IMG/VR virus record: IMGVR_UViG_3300000313_000054
From: a virus
Reading direction: 5' to 3' (one strand)
Length of the DNA stretch: 64,000 bases
The notes beneath the pieces were generated by a model. It had not been told where the DNA came from. It saw only the letters and a list, made by a program, of their open reading frames with translations, and did no database searches. The position numbers and the translations under genes were made by a program. Positions 8,599-16,768 of this stretch are shown piece by piece (positions within the stretch are counted from its first letter, which is position 1; each line of letters begins with the position of its first letter).

Positions 8599-8949
8599 AT
8601 GGAAGAAAATAAAGAGAACAATCAAGAAGAAGATTCTTTAGAATGTCAGTATTGTAGACTCGAAGGACAGTTAGTTAAAATAAAATATGGAATAATCTCT
8701 CAGATTTTAGAAGCTGGTTTGAATTTTAAAAACTATTACGAAAGTTGTCTTGAAAATGGAGTCTTATCTGAAGATAAAAAGACAGAATTACAAACTAGAT
8801 ACAACACTACTTTAAACAATTATTTCGATGTTGTGAACTTAGTTTGGAACGAAGATATTGACGAAGATTGTGACGATTGTAGCCTCAATCCCAGTACTCT
8901 TGATAGCGAATTAAAAGATATTTTGGATAAGAAGAAGGATGGGAAATAA
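8599..8949 (+). CDS. hypothetical acidic protein with CQYC motif
   Basis: 116 aa ORF. Confidence 0.55.
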   Translation: MEENKENNQEEDSLECQYCRLEGQLVKIKYGIISQILEAGLNFKNYYESCLENGVLSEDKKTELQTRYNTTLNNYFDVVNLVWNEDIDEDCDDCSLNPSTLDSELKDILDKKKDGK

Positions 8950-8951
8950 AT

Positions 8952-9251
8952 ATGCAATTTGAAGTAAGTGAAGAAGAAGTGGTGAGGATTGTACGTAGAA
9001 GAGAAGGATACTCTCTTCTAAAATCTTTTTGGAAGAGTCCACTATCTAAAGGGTTGATAATCGTAGGTTTTTCAACACTCATTGTAACTTTTATATTAAA
9101 TACAGTTGATGCCTCAAAGTGGTGTTCAGAAATTATAAGTGGAATATCTTTGGTAACGTGGTTGATTTTAATTAAAAGAATCTATGGTAGATGTCGTTCT
9201 GATGCTAAGACACTACTCTTTGCTTTAAAAGATAAAATACAAGACCCATAA
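8952..9251 (+). CDS. membrane protein
   Basis: 99 aa ORF, hydrophobic core. Confidence 0.5.
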   Translation: MQFEVSEEEVVRIVRRREGYSLLKSFWKSPLSKGLIIVGFSTLIVTFILNTVDASKWCSEIISGISLVTWLILIKRIYGRCRSDAKTLLFALKDKIQDP

Positions 9252-9331
9252 AAATATTAATAAAGTATATTCTGGATGTAAAATAGTTTTTGGATATTTT
9301 GGATAAGAAAAAAGAGAAATGAAAAAGAGAA

Positions 9332-9553
9332 ATGAAAAAGTTATTTAAGTCAATTAAGAATATTGGTATGAACTTAATGTACTTGTTGTTATTAATTACC
9401 ACTTGTTACCAGATATTTACAACCGAAAATTGGTGGTCAATATGGCAATATAAATTAGTTTTTATCATACTTGTTATAGCCTCTCCATTATATCTGTATG
9501 AGTTTATTAAGTGGGTGAAAGGCAAACTGGATAAGAAGAAAGAGGGGAAATAA
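9332..9553 (+). CDS. small membrane protein; C-terminal EFIKWVKGKLDKKKEGK motif recurs at 33334-33384
   Basis: 73 aa; preceded by a 13-nt tandem duplication gaaaaagagaaat x2 at 9308-9333. Confidence 0.5.
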   Translation: MKKLFKSIKNIGMNLMYLLLLITTCYQIFTTENWWSIWQYKLVFIILVIASPLYLYEFIKWVKGKLDKKKEGK

Positions 9554-10263
9554 TGTATCAGAAAGGGTATCACCATACAGAAGAAGAAAAAGAGAAGATT
9601 AGACAAGGTAAGTTAGGCGCAAATAATCCTAATTTTGGTAAGAAATTATCACCGGAAACTTGTGCTAAGATGAGTGCATCACGAACTGGTAAAAAACATC
9701 CTAAGACCGAAACAATGATTGCAAAACAAAAAGAGTCATTAAAAAAGTTTTATAATTCAGAAGATGGTTCAGTTTTTAAAGAACATCTAAGTGAAGTGAA
9801 TAAGGGAACATCTTGGCATAAAGGATTTAGACATGAATTTTCAGACGAAACTAAAAAGAAAATGGGAGTAATACAAAAGAAAAAGTGGCAAGACCCTATT
9901 GAAAGAGACAAACGTGTTGACGCAATTATGAGTGCTGGTAAGCAAGTTCCTAATTATAGAGAATTACAGTTATTATCATATTTGAATGAGGCGAAGTCTG
10001 GTTGGGAGTTTATTGGTAATGGTAAATTACATGGTGAAAAATTCAAGGTTGGTGGTAAATGTCCAGATTTTATATTAGAGGGTACTAAATTATTATGTGA
10101 ACATTATGGTGCTGGATATCATACTGAAGATCAAGTACAACCTAGAATAGAATTTTTTAAACAACTTGGATATGCAACCTTGATTATTTGGCAGAAAGAA
10201 TTAAAATATAAAGAAAAAGTAATACAACGGATTAAGGAATTTGTGGCAGAAAATTATTTTTAA
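9553..10263 (+). CDS. homing-endonuclease-like protein: NUMOD3-type repeats plus C-terminal Vsr/EDxHD-like nuclease domain
   Basis: repeated GKKLSPETCAKMSASRTGK / GFRHEFSDETKKKMGV motifs; C-terminus CPDFILEG...CEHYGAGYHT. Confidence 0.55.
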   Translation: MYQKGYHHTEEEKEKIRQGKLGANNPNFGKKLSPETCAKMSASRTGKKHPKTETMIAKQKESLKKFYNSEDGSVFKEHLSEVNKGTSWHKGFRHEFSDETKKKMGVIQKKKWQDPIERDKRVDAIMSAGKQVPNYRELQLLSYLNEAKSGWEFIGNGKLHGEKFKVGGKCPDFILEGTKLLCEHYGAGYHTEDQVQPRIEFFKQLGYATLIIWQKELKYKEKVIQRIKEFVAENYF

Positions 10264-10272
10264 AATTGCCTA

Positions 10273-10301
10273 TTGACAAGCATAAAAATGTGTGCTACAA
10301 T
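10273..10301 (+). promoter_or_regulatory. sigma-70 promoter TTGACA-17-TGcTACAAT driving the structured RNA locus
   Basis: -35 at 10273-10278, -10 at 10296-10301; upstream aaaattgcctattgac shared with the promoter at 57517. Confidence 0.7.
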
Positions 10302-10481
10302 CTAATTAATAGCTTGAAAGAGCGATTTTAGAGGTCGAGTCTCAAATAAATATTTAGCAATCCGAGTAGCAATATTCGAGGTTGCTTTTTGTTTACGAGA
10401 GATTTTAATAGCTCGAAAGGGCGTGAGTCGGAAGTCAAATTTTTAAATGCAGATGATCTTGGGTTGAAGATACAGCCCCTT

Positions 10482-10641
10482 TATACAGTAATGTATATCG
10501 AATAACCCTGAATATCGGTAAAAGTCTGAGATGATAATGCCGAGGGACAGCCCGAAAGGGAAGCCCGTAGAGACTACCAAGGGGCGACTTAGAAAATAAG
10601 CTGATGGCATAGCCCGAACTGCAATGAAAAACAAATTGCAG
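10482..10641 (+). repeat. structured module copy R1
   Basis: TATACA-gtaa-TGTATA hairpin, aaccctgaatatcgg, CCC-GAAA-GGG, CTTA-gaaaa-TAAG, CTGCAAT-gaaaaacaa-ATTGCAG. Confidence 0.6.
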
Positions 10642-10654
10642 AGTAACAAAAATA

Positions 10655-10966
10655 TTGCTTATCTTCGCAGCCATTTTCGTGTACGTTGGTGTTAACCTGG
10701 AACCTGGTTTGAACACTACCGTCAGCACTATCACTACTCCTACCTATTCCAGTGGTGTTGCTGGTCTTAACGGAGTAATCATGATTGTTTTCGCAGCTAT
10801 GATTATCTTCGGCGTAAAATTACAATGCGCCACTACGAAGCGATTCGTAGTGCAAACCCTGAATATCGGTGGAAGCCTGAAACGGTCACGCCGAGGGACA
10901 GCCCTGAAAAGGGAAGCCCGTAACGACTACCAAGGGGCAACTCTAGTGATAGAGCTGGTGGCATAG
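10655..10966 (+). CDS. small hydrophobic peptide ORF embedded between R1 and R2 (TTG start; alternative ATG at 10787 has RBS GGAG)
   Basis: NTTVSTITTPTYSSGVAGLNG matches the C-terminus of CDS 131-457 (8 of the first 12 residues identical) with mostly synonymous DNA differences; TM segment(s) then K/R-rich tail. Confidence 0.4.
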   Translation: MLIFAAIFVYVGVNLEPGLNTTVSTITTPTYSSGVAGLNGVIMIVFAAMIIFGVKLQCATTKRFVVQTLNIGGSLKRSRRGTALKREARNDYQGATLVIELVA

Positions 10967-10995
10967 TCTGGTCTATAACGAATAACAAGTTATAG
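10831..10995 (+). repeat. structured module copy R2
   Basis: CACTACGAA-gcga-TTCGTAGTG hairpin, aaccctgaatatcgg, CCCT-GAAA-AGGG, CTCTA-gtga-TAGAG, CTATAAC-gaataacaa-GTTATAG. Confidence 0.6.
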
Positions 10996-11407
10996 TTAAC
11001 ACAACGAGTCAAACAAATGAGTGCTGCTGCCTAATAGCAGAAATGGGGAGTGGGTCAAAAGCTCACTCCCCTACTCATACAAAAAATTTCAAAAATAAAA
11101 ATGAGGTAATATGAAAAAGGGAAAGAAACTGAAACTACCTAGCTATGGGATGAAAGACCCGTTAAAAATGAAAAACAAGAAAGATTTTTACAATGACAAG
11201 TCAGGTAGTTTAAAAAAGTTAATGAAATAACAGGAGCGTTTAAAATGAAAACAACTAAGGTCAAAAAATGGGGAATGATGTCTTGAAAGAACAAACCAAT
11301 TAAATCAGAAATGGCACGATTTAAGAAAGATGCTGATATCCATAATGTAAAGAAAAATCCCTTTAAATAAGTCCTAAAGTATCCCTTTTAAATTAGAAAT
11401 TTCTAAG

Positions 11408-11448
11408 TCACACTTGACAATGTGTTAGGTGTGGCTTTTTGTTTTTTA
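11408..11448 (+). terminator. putative terminator (hairpin CACAC...GTGTG then CTTTTTGTTTTTT)
   Basis: stem-loop followed by T-run. Confidence 0.4.
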
Positions 11449-11465
11449 GAGTAGAAAAATAGTTG

Positions 11466-11494
11466 TTGACAAGATTGATTGGTAGTGATAATAT
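11466..11494 (+). promoter_or_regulatory. sigma-70 promoter TTGACA-17-TGaTAATAT; ATG at 11501 is 6 nt after -10
   Basis: -35 at 11466-11471, -10 at 11489-11494. Confidence 0.65.
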
Positions 11495-11500
11495 GTATGT

Positions 11501-11824
11501 ATGGATAAGAAAAAAGATCAAATAATTGGAGTTGTAATTGGATGCGTTCTTTCGATTTTATTAATAAGTGGTTTTGTTTGGCTGTTAAATTATGTAGATA
11601 AGAATACCCCGCCAATAGAAATTAAAGATATAACAAAGCAGGTATCGGCAATAAGTTATGATGAAAGATATGGAACTACGAAGATATTTTTCTCAGATGG
11701 TTGGTGGTTTTATGTAAGTGGGAAGTATGAATTATCTTCAGGACTAACTTATAGAATTGTTTATAAAGAAACGAAACCGTATCCTAGTATTGATACAATA
11801 CAAATTGTAAATGAGGAGAAATAA
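11501..11824 (+). CDS. N-terminally membrane-anchored protein; apparently leaderless
   Basis: 107 aa; TM helix at residues 8-30. Confidence 0.55.
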   Translation: MDKKKDQIIGVVIGCVLSILLISGFVWLLNYVDKNTPPIEIKDITKQVSAISYDERYGTTKIFFSDGWWFYVSGKYELSSGLTYRIVYKETKPYPSIDTIQIVNEEK

Positions 11825-11825
11825 A

Positions 11826-12500
11826 ATGGAAAATAAAACTGTAAAATGTAAATTCTTCGACCCTGAAAAGCCAAAAATAATCGAGAAAAATTTTAAATTA
11901 ATTAGAGGGAACTGTGTTATCTACCGTGAACATATTTATCAAATTAGACCTGATTTCCAAGAACCATTTTACTTTAGAGTAGACAGTCGTTTCCCTATAA
12001 GTCAAGAGTCTTTTAGTAGATTAAAAAGTGAAGAAGTTTATCTAAATCGTAATCGAGAAAATAAAGGTGGAATAAATATGGAAATTGAAAAGCGTCCATT
12101 ATTAGATGGTAAATATCAGAAAGAATGGTTTAGAAAATATAGTAAGCGAATTGTTAATGACTATTATATTTTGGGACTAGAAAAAACTAAAGAAAAGTAT
12201 GGTATTAGTTCTCAGTTAGTGTCAGTAGCTATTAAAGTAAATCCGAAATCTACTGGATATGATGGGAAAGGTATGGTTGATGTGCTTGAATTATCTGAAG
12301 AAATTACACAGAGTAAAATACAGAATAGAATGGAATTAATGAAATCATTTATAGGTGCAAAGCCGTTAGAGTTTAGATTTTCTTTGACAATTACTGAGTC
12401 TGATCTTGACTTTATCAAAGAAGAAAATTTAGTAGATGTATGGCGAGTAATTAGTCTATTATATCTAGCCAAAAAAGAAAAGAATAAAGAGGACAAATAA
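11826..12500 (+). CDS. hypothetical protein (224 aa)
   Basis: start moved to the ATG preceded by RBS gaggag. Confidence 0.6.
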   Translation: MENKTVKCKFFDPEKPKIIEKNFKLIRGNCVIYREHIYQIRPDFQEPFYFRVDSRFPISQESFSRLKSEEVYLNRNRENKGGINMEIEKRPLLDGKYQKEWFRKYSKRIVNDYYILGLEKTKEKYGISSQLVSVAIKVNPKSTGYDGKGMVDVLELSEEITQSKIQNRMELMKSFIGAKPLEFRFSLTITESDLDFIKEENLVDVWRVISLLYLAKKEKNKEDK

Positions 12501-12899
12501 ATGTCATCGGGTGTTATTTTAGGAATTTGTTTAGTGATGTTTTTTTGTTTTGTGGTATTCACTTCGAATTTTAGCAAGAATAAAGTGTTGGTAAAATATT
12601 CATATAGGGGTAAAGTAAAAAGTAAACTTTGTGGTTTAGAAAAGAGTAATTTTGGTATAGTTTTTAGATTAAATGGTCAAGATTATGCGCAAAAGATTAA
12701 TTCTGAAAACGTAAGATTTGAATTATATCACAGAGGATTTTTTATACTGTTTCCTCAATACGTATTATGTGTTGATTTAGCTAAAGAGGAAGAAGATTTG
12801 GAGTCACAGCGTATAAAAAAGAATTTTGAAATGTTAAAAGATGTTAATAGGATTCAGTTAAGAGATATTAAAAAAAGGATAGAGGATAGTAAGAAATGA
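12501..12899 (+). CDS. hypothetical protein with N-terminal TM helix
   Basis: 132 aa. Confidence 0.55.
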   Translation: MSSGVILGICLVMFFCFVVFTSNFSKNKVLVKYSYRGKVKSKLCGLEKSNFGIVFRLNGQDYAQKINSENVRFELYHRGFFILFPQYVLCVDLAKEEEDLESQRIKKNFEMLKDVNRIQLRDIKKRIEDSKK

Positions 12900-13141
12900 A
12901 ATGTATATACTGTGGTGAAGATTCATTTATATCAGAAGATGATGTTGATAGACATATAGTAGAAGGACATCCAGAATACTCACCTGTAGGTGATATGAAA
13001 GAATCGAGAAAGACTTTAAATTATACGTGGGCATTTGGACTTACAGGTGTAGTCTATGGACAAAAAGGTAATAATAAAAAAGAAGAAGTCTTAGAAACGT
13101 TCAAGTATTTTTTGAGAGAATTAATGAAGTCGGAAGGATAA
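12896..13141 (+). CDS. small zinc-finger-like protein (CIYCGE...HIVEGH)
   Basis: 81 aa, ATGA overlap. Confidence 0.55.
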   Translation: MKCIYCGEDSFISEDDVDRHIVEGHPEYSPVGDMKESRKTLNYTWAFGLTGVVYGQKGNNKKEEVLETFKYFLRELMKSEG

Positions 13142-13147
13142 AAAGAG

Positions 13148-13522
13148 ATGAAAAGCAGTTATATATATTGGTTAGTTTGTTTATCGATAGTAGTTTTTGC
13201 TATTGTAGGTTTTATATGTGTTAGTTTTATTTTCCCTAGGTATAGTTATCAAGGTGTCGCTGAAATGTCACAAAGTCAGTACTCAAGTTTTATGAAAGAG
13301 TACGGGTTTAAAGACAAAGATCAACAGAATTTTGCGACAGCTTACAACCAACAAAGCGATAAATTAATTGTGACTTATAATTTTGAAAGTAGGTCTACCA
13401 AATTAGAAAAGTATGGTATCGAAGATGGTAAAACTAATTATGGTGATGTACCATTAATGGTATTCCTTGGCAGTGTTGCTATTTTTGTGCTCATTCTTTG
13501 TAGACCATCAAAAGACGATTAA
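13148..13522 (+). CDS. membrane protein
   Basis: 124 aa with TM helices at both ends. Confidence 0.55.
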   Translation: MKSSYIYWLVCLSIVVFAIVGFICVSFIFPRYSYQGVAEMSQSQYSSFMKEYGFKDKDQQNFATAYNQQSDKLIVTYNFESRSTKLEKYGIEDGKTNYGDVPLMVFLGSVAIFVLILCRPSKDD

Positions 13523-13547
13523 ATTAAAAAAATATAGGATAAAAAAT

Positions 13548-13889
13548 ATGGGATTTTTTAAAGTAGGTTTAGTCGCTATTGGTATCGTAGTCTTTAGTAT
13601 TGCAGTAGCATGTTTAATAACATTAGAGGTAACAAATGCTGGTGAACAAACTTCAGTACTTGTAAAAATAGAAAATCAAGAACAAGAAAAGATTATACTC
13701 TATAGTGATAGAGAAGTAGATTGTATCTCGTTAATGGATACACCCTTTGATGGTAATATTAAAATTCTTACAGCAAAAGTACATCGTCCTAGTAACATTT
13801 GGATTAAGTATGATGCGAACCAATTTCTTTTAAAGTGGTTAAGCGAAAAGATGATAAGTAGCTATCCTAACTTTGTAGTAGAAAATTAA
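13548..13889 (+). CDS. signal-anchored protein
   Basis: internal ATG of track ORF 13467-13889 giving MGFFKVGLVAIGIVVF; avoids overlap. Confidence 0.5.
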   Translation: MGFFKVGLVAIGIVVFSIAVACLITLEVTNAGEQTSVLVKIENQEQEKIILYSDREVDCISLMDTPFDGNIKILTAKVHRPSNIWIKYDANQFLLKWLSEKMISSYPNFVVEN

Positions 13890-13916
13890 AAATAAAAATA
13901 TAGGAGAAGTAATCAA

Positions 13917-14471
13917 GTGTTTCGTAAAAAATCTGTAGTGTTTTCAATGGTAGGTATCGTAGGAGTTTTAATTTTAGTAGGCGTATTTTTCTTTGGTTCA
14001 CAAGTATCAAGTGCTTGGGGACTCACAAAAGTTAACAGCGCAAAGGTTCAAATTCTTGGTTCAAATGCAGAGATTTTTACAGATGTAAATTGTACTATTC
14101 CATTAACAGCAACAACTAATTTAGACTTTGGAACAATAAGAGAAGGTTCAACATCAACAAATACTGTCAAACTTTTTATCAAAAATAGCGGTACGGACAA
14201 CATTACAACGACTGGCTCAGTAAGCGGTTTGGATAGCCATTTAACATTAGTAGATTCAAAGTTTGGAGTTATTGGTACGAATACACCCTTGTATCAGACA
14301 GAAGTTTCACATATTAATGCTAACGGATTTAAAATTATAGACGTTCCCCTAACACCATTAGGAGCAGGATTAGTACAAGTTTTAAATTTGAACATTACTG
14401 CAACAGCAGGAGCACCTATAGGTTCGACAATTAATTTTAACTTACAAATAAATTCGACTTCAGGTTATTAA
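13917..14471 (+). CDS. secreted Thr-rich beta-type protein (signal peptide)
   Basis: GTG start 10 nt after AGGAG; hydrophobic N-terminus. Confidence 0.55.
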   Translation: MFRKKSVVFSMVGIVGVLILVGVFFFGSQVSSAWGLTKVNSAKVQILGSNAEIFTDVNCTIPLTATTNLDFGTIREGSTSTNTVKLFIKNSGTDNITTTGSVSGLDSHLTLVDSKFGVIGTNTPLYQTEVSHINANGFKIIDVPLTPLGAGLVQVLNLNITATAGAPIGSTINFNLQINSTSGY

Positions 14472-14480
14472 AAGAGGTTA

Positions 14481-14510
14481 TTGACAATTAGGTTGTTTTA
14501 ATGATAATAT
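14481..14510 (+). promoter_or_regulatory. sigma-70 promoter TTGACA-18-TGaTAATAT
   Basis: -35 at 14481-14486, -10 at 14505-14510. Confidence 0.65.
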
Positions 14511-14566
14511 GTGTATGTATAGGTAGTTACTTAGTTTAAATAAAAAAGTATAGGAGAAAAAGAAAA

Positions 14567-16396
14567 ATGGTTACATGGATTGTCTTGGGTATTATCGGTT
14601 TAGCATTTCTAATTTTTATCTTACCTGGTTTCTTTATCATTGGTGCTAGAGATGTAGGTGTCTTAACTCGTAAGAACTTTGGCACAAGATTACCTGAAGG
14701 TCACATCATTGCTTGTAATGGGGAAATTGGTATTCAAGCAGATGTTTTAAGACCTGGTTTTTATTGGAGATTCCCTATTTTGTGGGGAATTAAAAAAGAC
14801 AAGATTATTGTAGTCAATCCTGGTGAAGTAGGTTTGGTAAAATCTGTTGACGGTGTTACACTTTTAGCCAATAGAGTACTTGGTGATGAAGTCGAATGTG
14901 ATTCGTTCCAAGATGCTAAGAAATTTCTAACAACTGGTGGTTATCGTGGTGCTCAAATTGGTTTTCTAAGACCTGGTACTTATCGAATTAATACTTCAGC
15001 ATTTGATGTAGCAATTCAAAAAGCTACAATCGTTCCTGAGAATAGTATTGGTATCGTAATGGCGAATGACGGTATTCCGTTGTCAACTAGTTACGTAATT
15101 GCACCTAGACCGAAGGATTCAGATAATCAAGATGTCGCAGATTCATCATTATTCCAGAATGGTCAGTTGTTCATTAAGAGCAAGGGCTATCGTGGTGCTC
15201 AACTTGATACTTTGCAACCTGGTACTTATTATATCAATACGTTACTCTTTAAAGTGAACATTCAACCCATTGCAGAAGTACCGCCTGGTTATGTAGCAGT
15301 CATTCGTTCTAACGTAGGTATAGAACTTGAAAGGTCAGTTGAGAAACCCATTGATTCAGAGAGTTCAAATCTAAAAGATAAAGTCCATGCGGACGTTGAA
15401 AGATTACTCACAACTGATAAGTACACTAGAGGTATTTGGCGTGAACCGATTGCTCCTGGTAAATATAACTTGAATCCGCTTGCCTTTACACCCTATCTAG
15501 TTCCTACTTCAGCAGTTACTATTGATTGGGCAGCAGAGGGCAGGATTGGAACTGAAGTTAAAGGTGTTACTAATGAAGGCGTACTATACAAGTTTAATCC
15601 CTTGAAAGTTACATCTAAAGATGGTTTTCAACTTGAAGTAAACATTAGAATTGTCATTCGTATTACGCAAGAAAATGCATCGTTTATCATTGCTAGATTT
15701 GGTTCAGTAGATAACTTGATTGACCAGATTGTTCATCCCTTGATTGATGCGTCTTTCAGAAATAAAGCTGGTGAAAAGAAAGCCATTGATTTTTTCCAGA
15801 GTCGTACTGACTTACAGGTTGAAGCGTTGAATCATGCAAAATCTGTTTTTGAAGAGTACAATGTGTTAGCTCAGAATTTACTAGTCGCTTACATTGATAT
15901 TCCTCAGAGTTTGTTGGATACTCAGACTCAAAAAGAAATCGCATTGCAACAACAAGCTCAGTTTGTCGAACAAGCTAAGGCACAAGAACAGAATATTGCA
16001 GTACAAGAAAAAGCTGCAAGAGCTTTGAAGCAAAAAGATGTCATCAATGCTAAATTGGAAATTGATATCAAGACAGATTTGGCTAGTGCTAGAATGAAAG
16101 AAGCTGAAGGTGAATCTGTTTACTTACAGAAAACTAATGCTGCAACTGGTAAAGGTTTGGCTGAAGGTTATCAAGCTCAAAAGGATGCTTTGGGTGAGGA
16201 AGGAACTACTCTAGTCAACATTATTAAAGCGTTAGCTGATAAAGGATTGAAGTTTGTTCCCGAAGTTCAAGTCGGTAATAGTGAGGGTGGATTAGGTGCT
16301 CTCATCGGTTCTTTAACCGCAAAGTTTGGTAAAGAATTAGCTCAAAAACCTGAAGTTAAAACTATCGAAGTAGATTCTAAATCTAAAGAAGACTAA
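14567..16396 (+). CDS. SPFH/flotillin-like membrane protein (YqiK/FloT-like)
   Basis: N-terminal TM, SPFH-like core, duplicated GYRGAQ..L(R/Q)PGTYxIN module, Ala/Gln/Glu-rich C-terminal repeats. Confidence 0.65.
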   Translation: MVTWIVLGIIGLAFLIFILPGFFIIGARDVGVLTRKNFGTRLPEGHIIACNGEIGIQADVLRPGFYWRFPILWGIKKDKIIVVNPGEVGLVKSVDGVTLLANRVLGDEVECDSFQDAKKFLTTGGYRGAQIGFLRPGTYRINTSAFDVAIQKATIVPENSIGIVMANDGIPLSTSYVIAPRPKDSDNQDVADSSLFQNGQLFIKSKGYRGAQLDTLQPGTYYINTLLFKVNIQPIAEVPPGYVAVIRSNVGIELERSVEKPIDSESSNLKDKVHADVERLLTTDKYTRGIWREPIAPGKYNLNPLAFTPYLVPTSAVTIDWAAEGRIGTEVKGVTNEGVLYKFNPLKVTSKDGFQLEVNIRIVIRITQENASFIIARFGSVDNLIDQIVHPLIDASFRNKAGEKKAIDFFQSRTDLQVEALNHAKSVFEEYNVLAQNLLVAYIDIPQSLLDTQTQKEIALQQQAQFVEQAKAQEQNIAVQEKAARALKQKDVINAKLEIDIKTDLASARMKEAEGESVYLQKTNAATGKGLAEGYQAQKDALGEEGTTLVNIIKALADKGLKFVPEVQVGNSEGGLGALIGSLTAKFGKELAQKPEVKTIEVDSKSKED

Positions 16397-16412
16397 GGTA
16401 AAATATGGTTAG

Positions 16413-16450
16413 GGGATTAGGTAAAAACTTAGTCCCCTAACTTTACAGAG
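16413..16450 (+). terminator. possible terminator hairpin after the flotillin-like gene
   Basis: GTTAGGGGATTAGGT...ACTTAGTCCCCTAAC, weak T-tract. Confidence 0.35.
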
Positions 16451-16459
16451 GTGGTAATT

Positions 16460-16759
16460 ATGACACCAAGCCCCACTGAACTTGTTAGCCAAATTGGTAA
16501 CTCGTTAGGTATTTGGTTTCCAATAGCTATAATTGCGTGGATAGTATTAATTATCGTAATAGGGGTTTTATCTCATGCAATAAGAAAAGAACGTAATTCT
16601 AATAAAGAAACAAAAGAGAGTGTAATTGATGAATTTCCACAGTTTCCAGTAAAGAAAGTTGATTTCAAAACAAGTAAAGTAGATAATAAAATTAAAGATA
16701 CTTGTTCTCTAAAATCAGAACAAAATAAAGAAAAAGACGATGTGTTCAAAAGGATTTAA
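16460..16759 (+). CDS. membrane-anchored protein with EFPQFPVKK motif
   Basis: ATG with RBS agaggtgg; motif shared with CDS 17374-17931. Confidence 0.5.
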   Translation: MTPSPTELVSQIGNSLGIWFPIAIIAWIVLIIVIGVLSHAIRKERNSNKETKESVIDEFPQFPVKKVDFKTSKVDNKIKDTCSLKSEQNKEKDDVFKRI

Positions 16760-16768
16760 TAGTATAGG

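Larger units (their letters stand above)
10302..11000 (+). ncRNA. large structured RNA locus with internal duplications (S1/S2 and R1/R2) and an embedded small ORF
   Basis: no conventional gene; GNRA-capped hairpins and a 7-bp hairpin whose arms differ between copies but stay complementary. Confidence 0.45.

Noticed and set aside
10511-10545. Hammerhead-like CUGAGAUGA...GAAA in R1
   Set aside because: The core is not a proper CUGAUGA and is not conserved in R2 (GCCTGAAACGG). Twister and pistol cores were not matched either.
10482-10995. R1/R2 as template and variable repeats of a diversity-generating retroelement
   Set aside because: Differences are not restricted to adenines, they include compensatory indels in hairpins, and no reverse transcriptase gene is present in the window.
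11046-11090. Hairpin GGGGAGTG...CACTCCCC as terminator of the RNA locus
   Set aside because: The following A-rich run (TACTCATACAAAAAATTTC) is not a U-tract on the + strand. It may still be a processing hairpin, but is not called as a terminator.
699-12577. Minus-strand ORFs in the track (699-986, 1853-2104, 4089-4385, 4874-5059, 5546-5761, 7841-8173, 8885-9082, 9205-9606, 10435-10734, 11403-11615, 12212-12577)
   Set aside because: All lie antisense within well-supported + strand genes or RNA genes, lack RBSs and are low-complexity. Treated as shadow ORFs.
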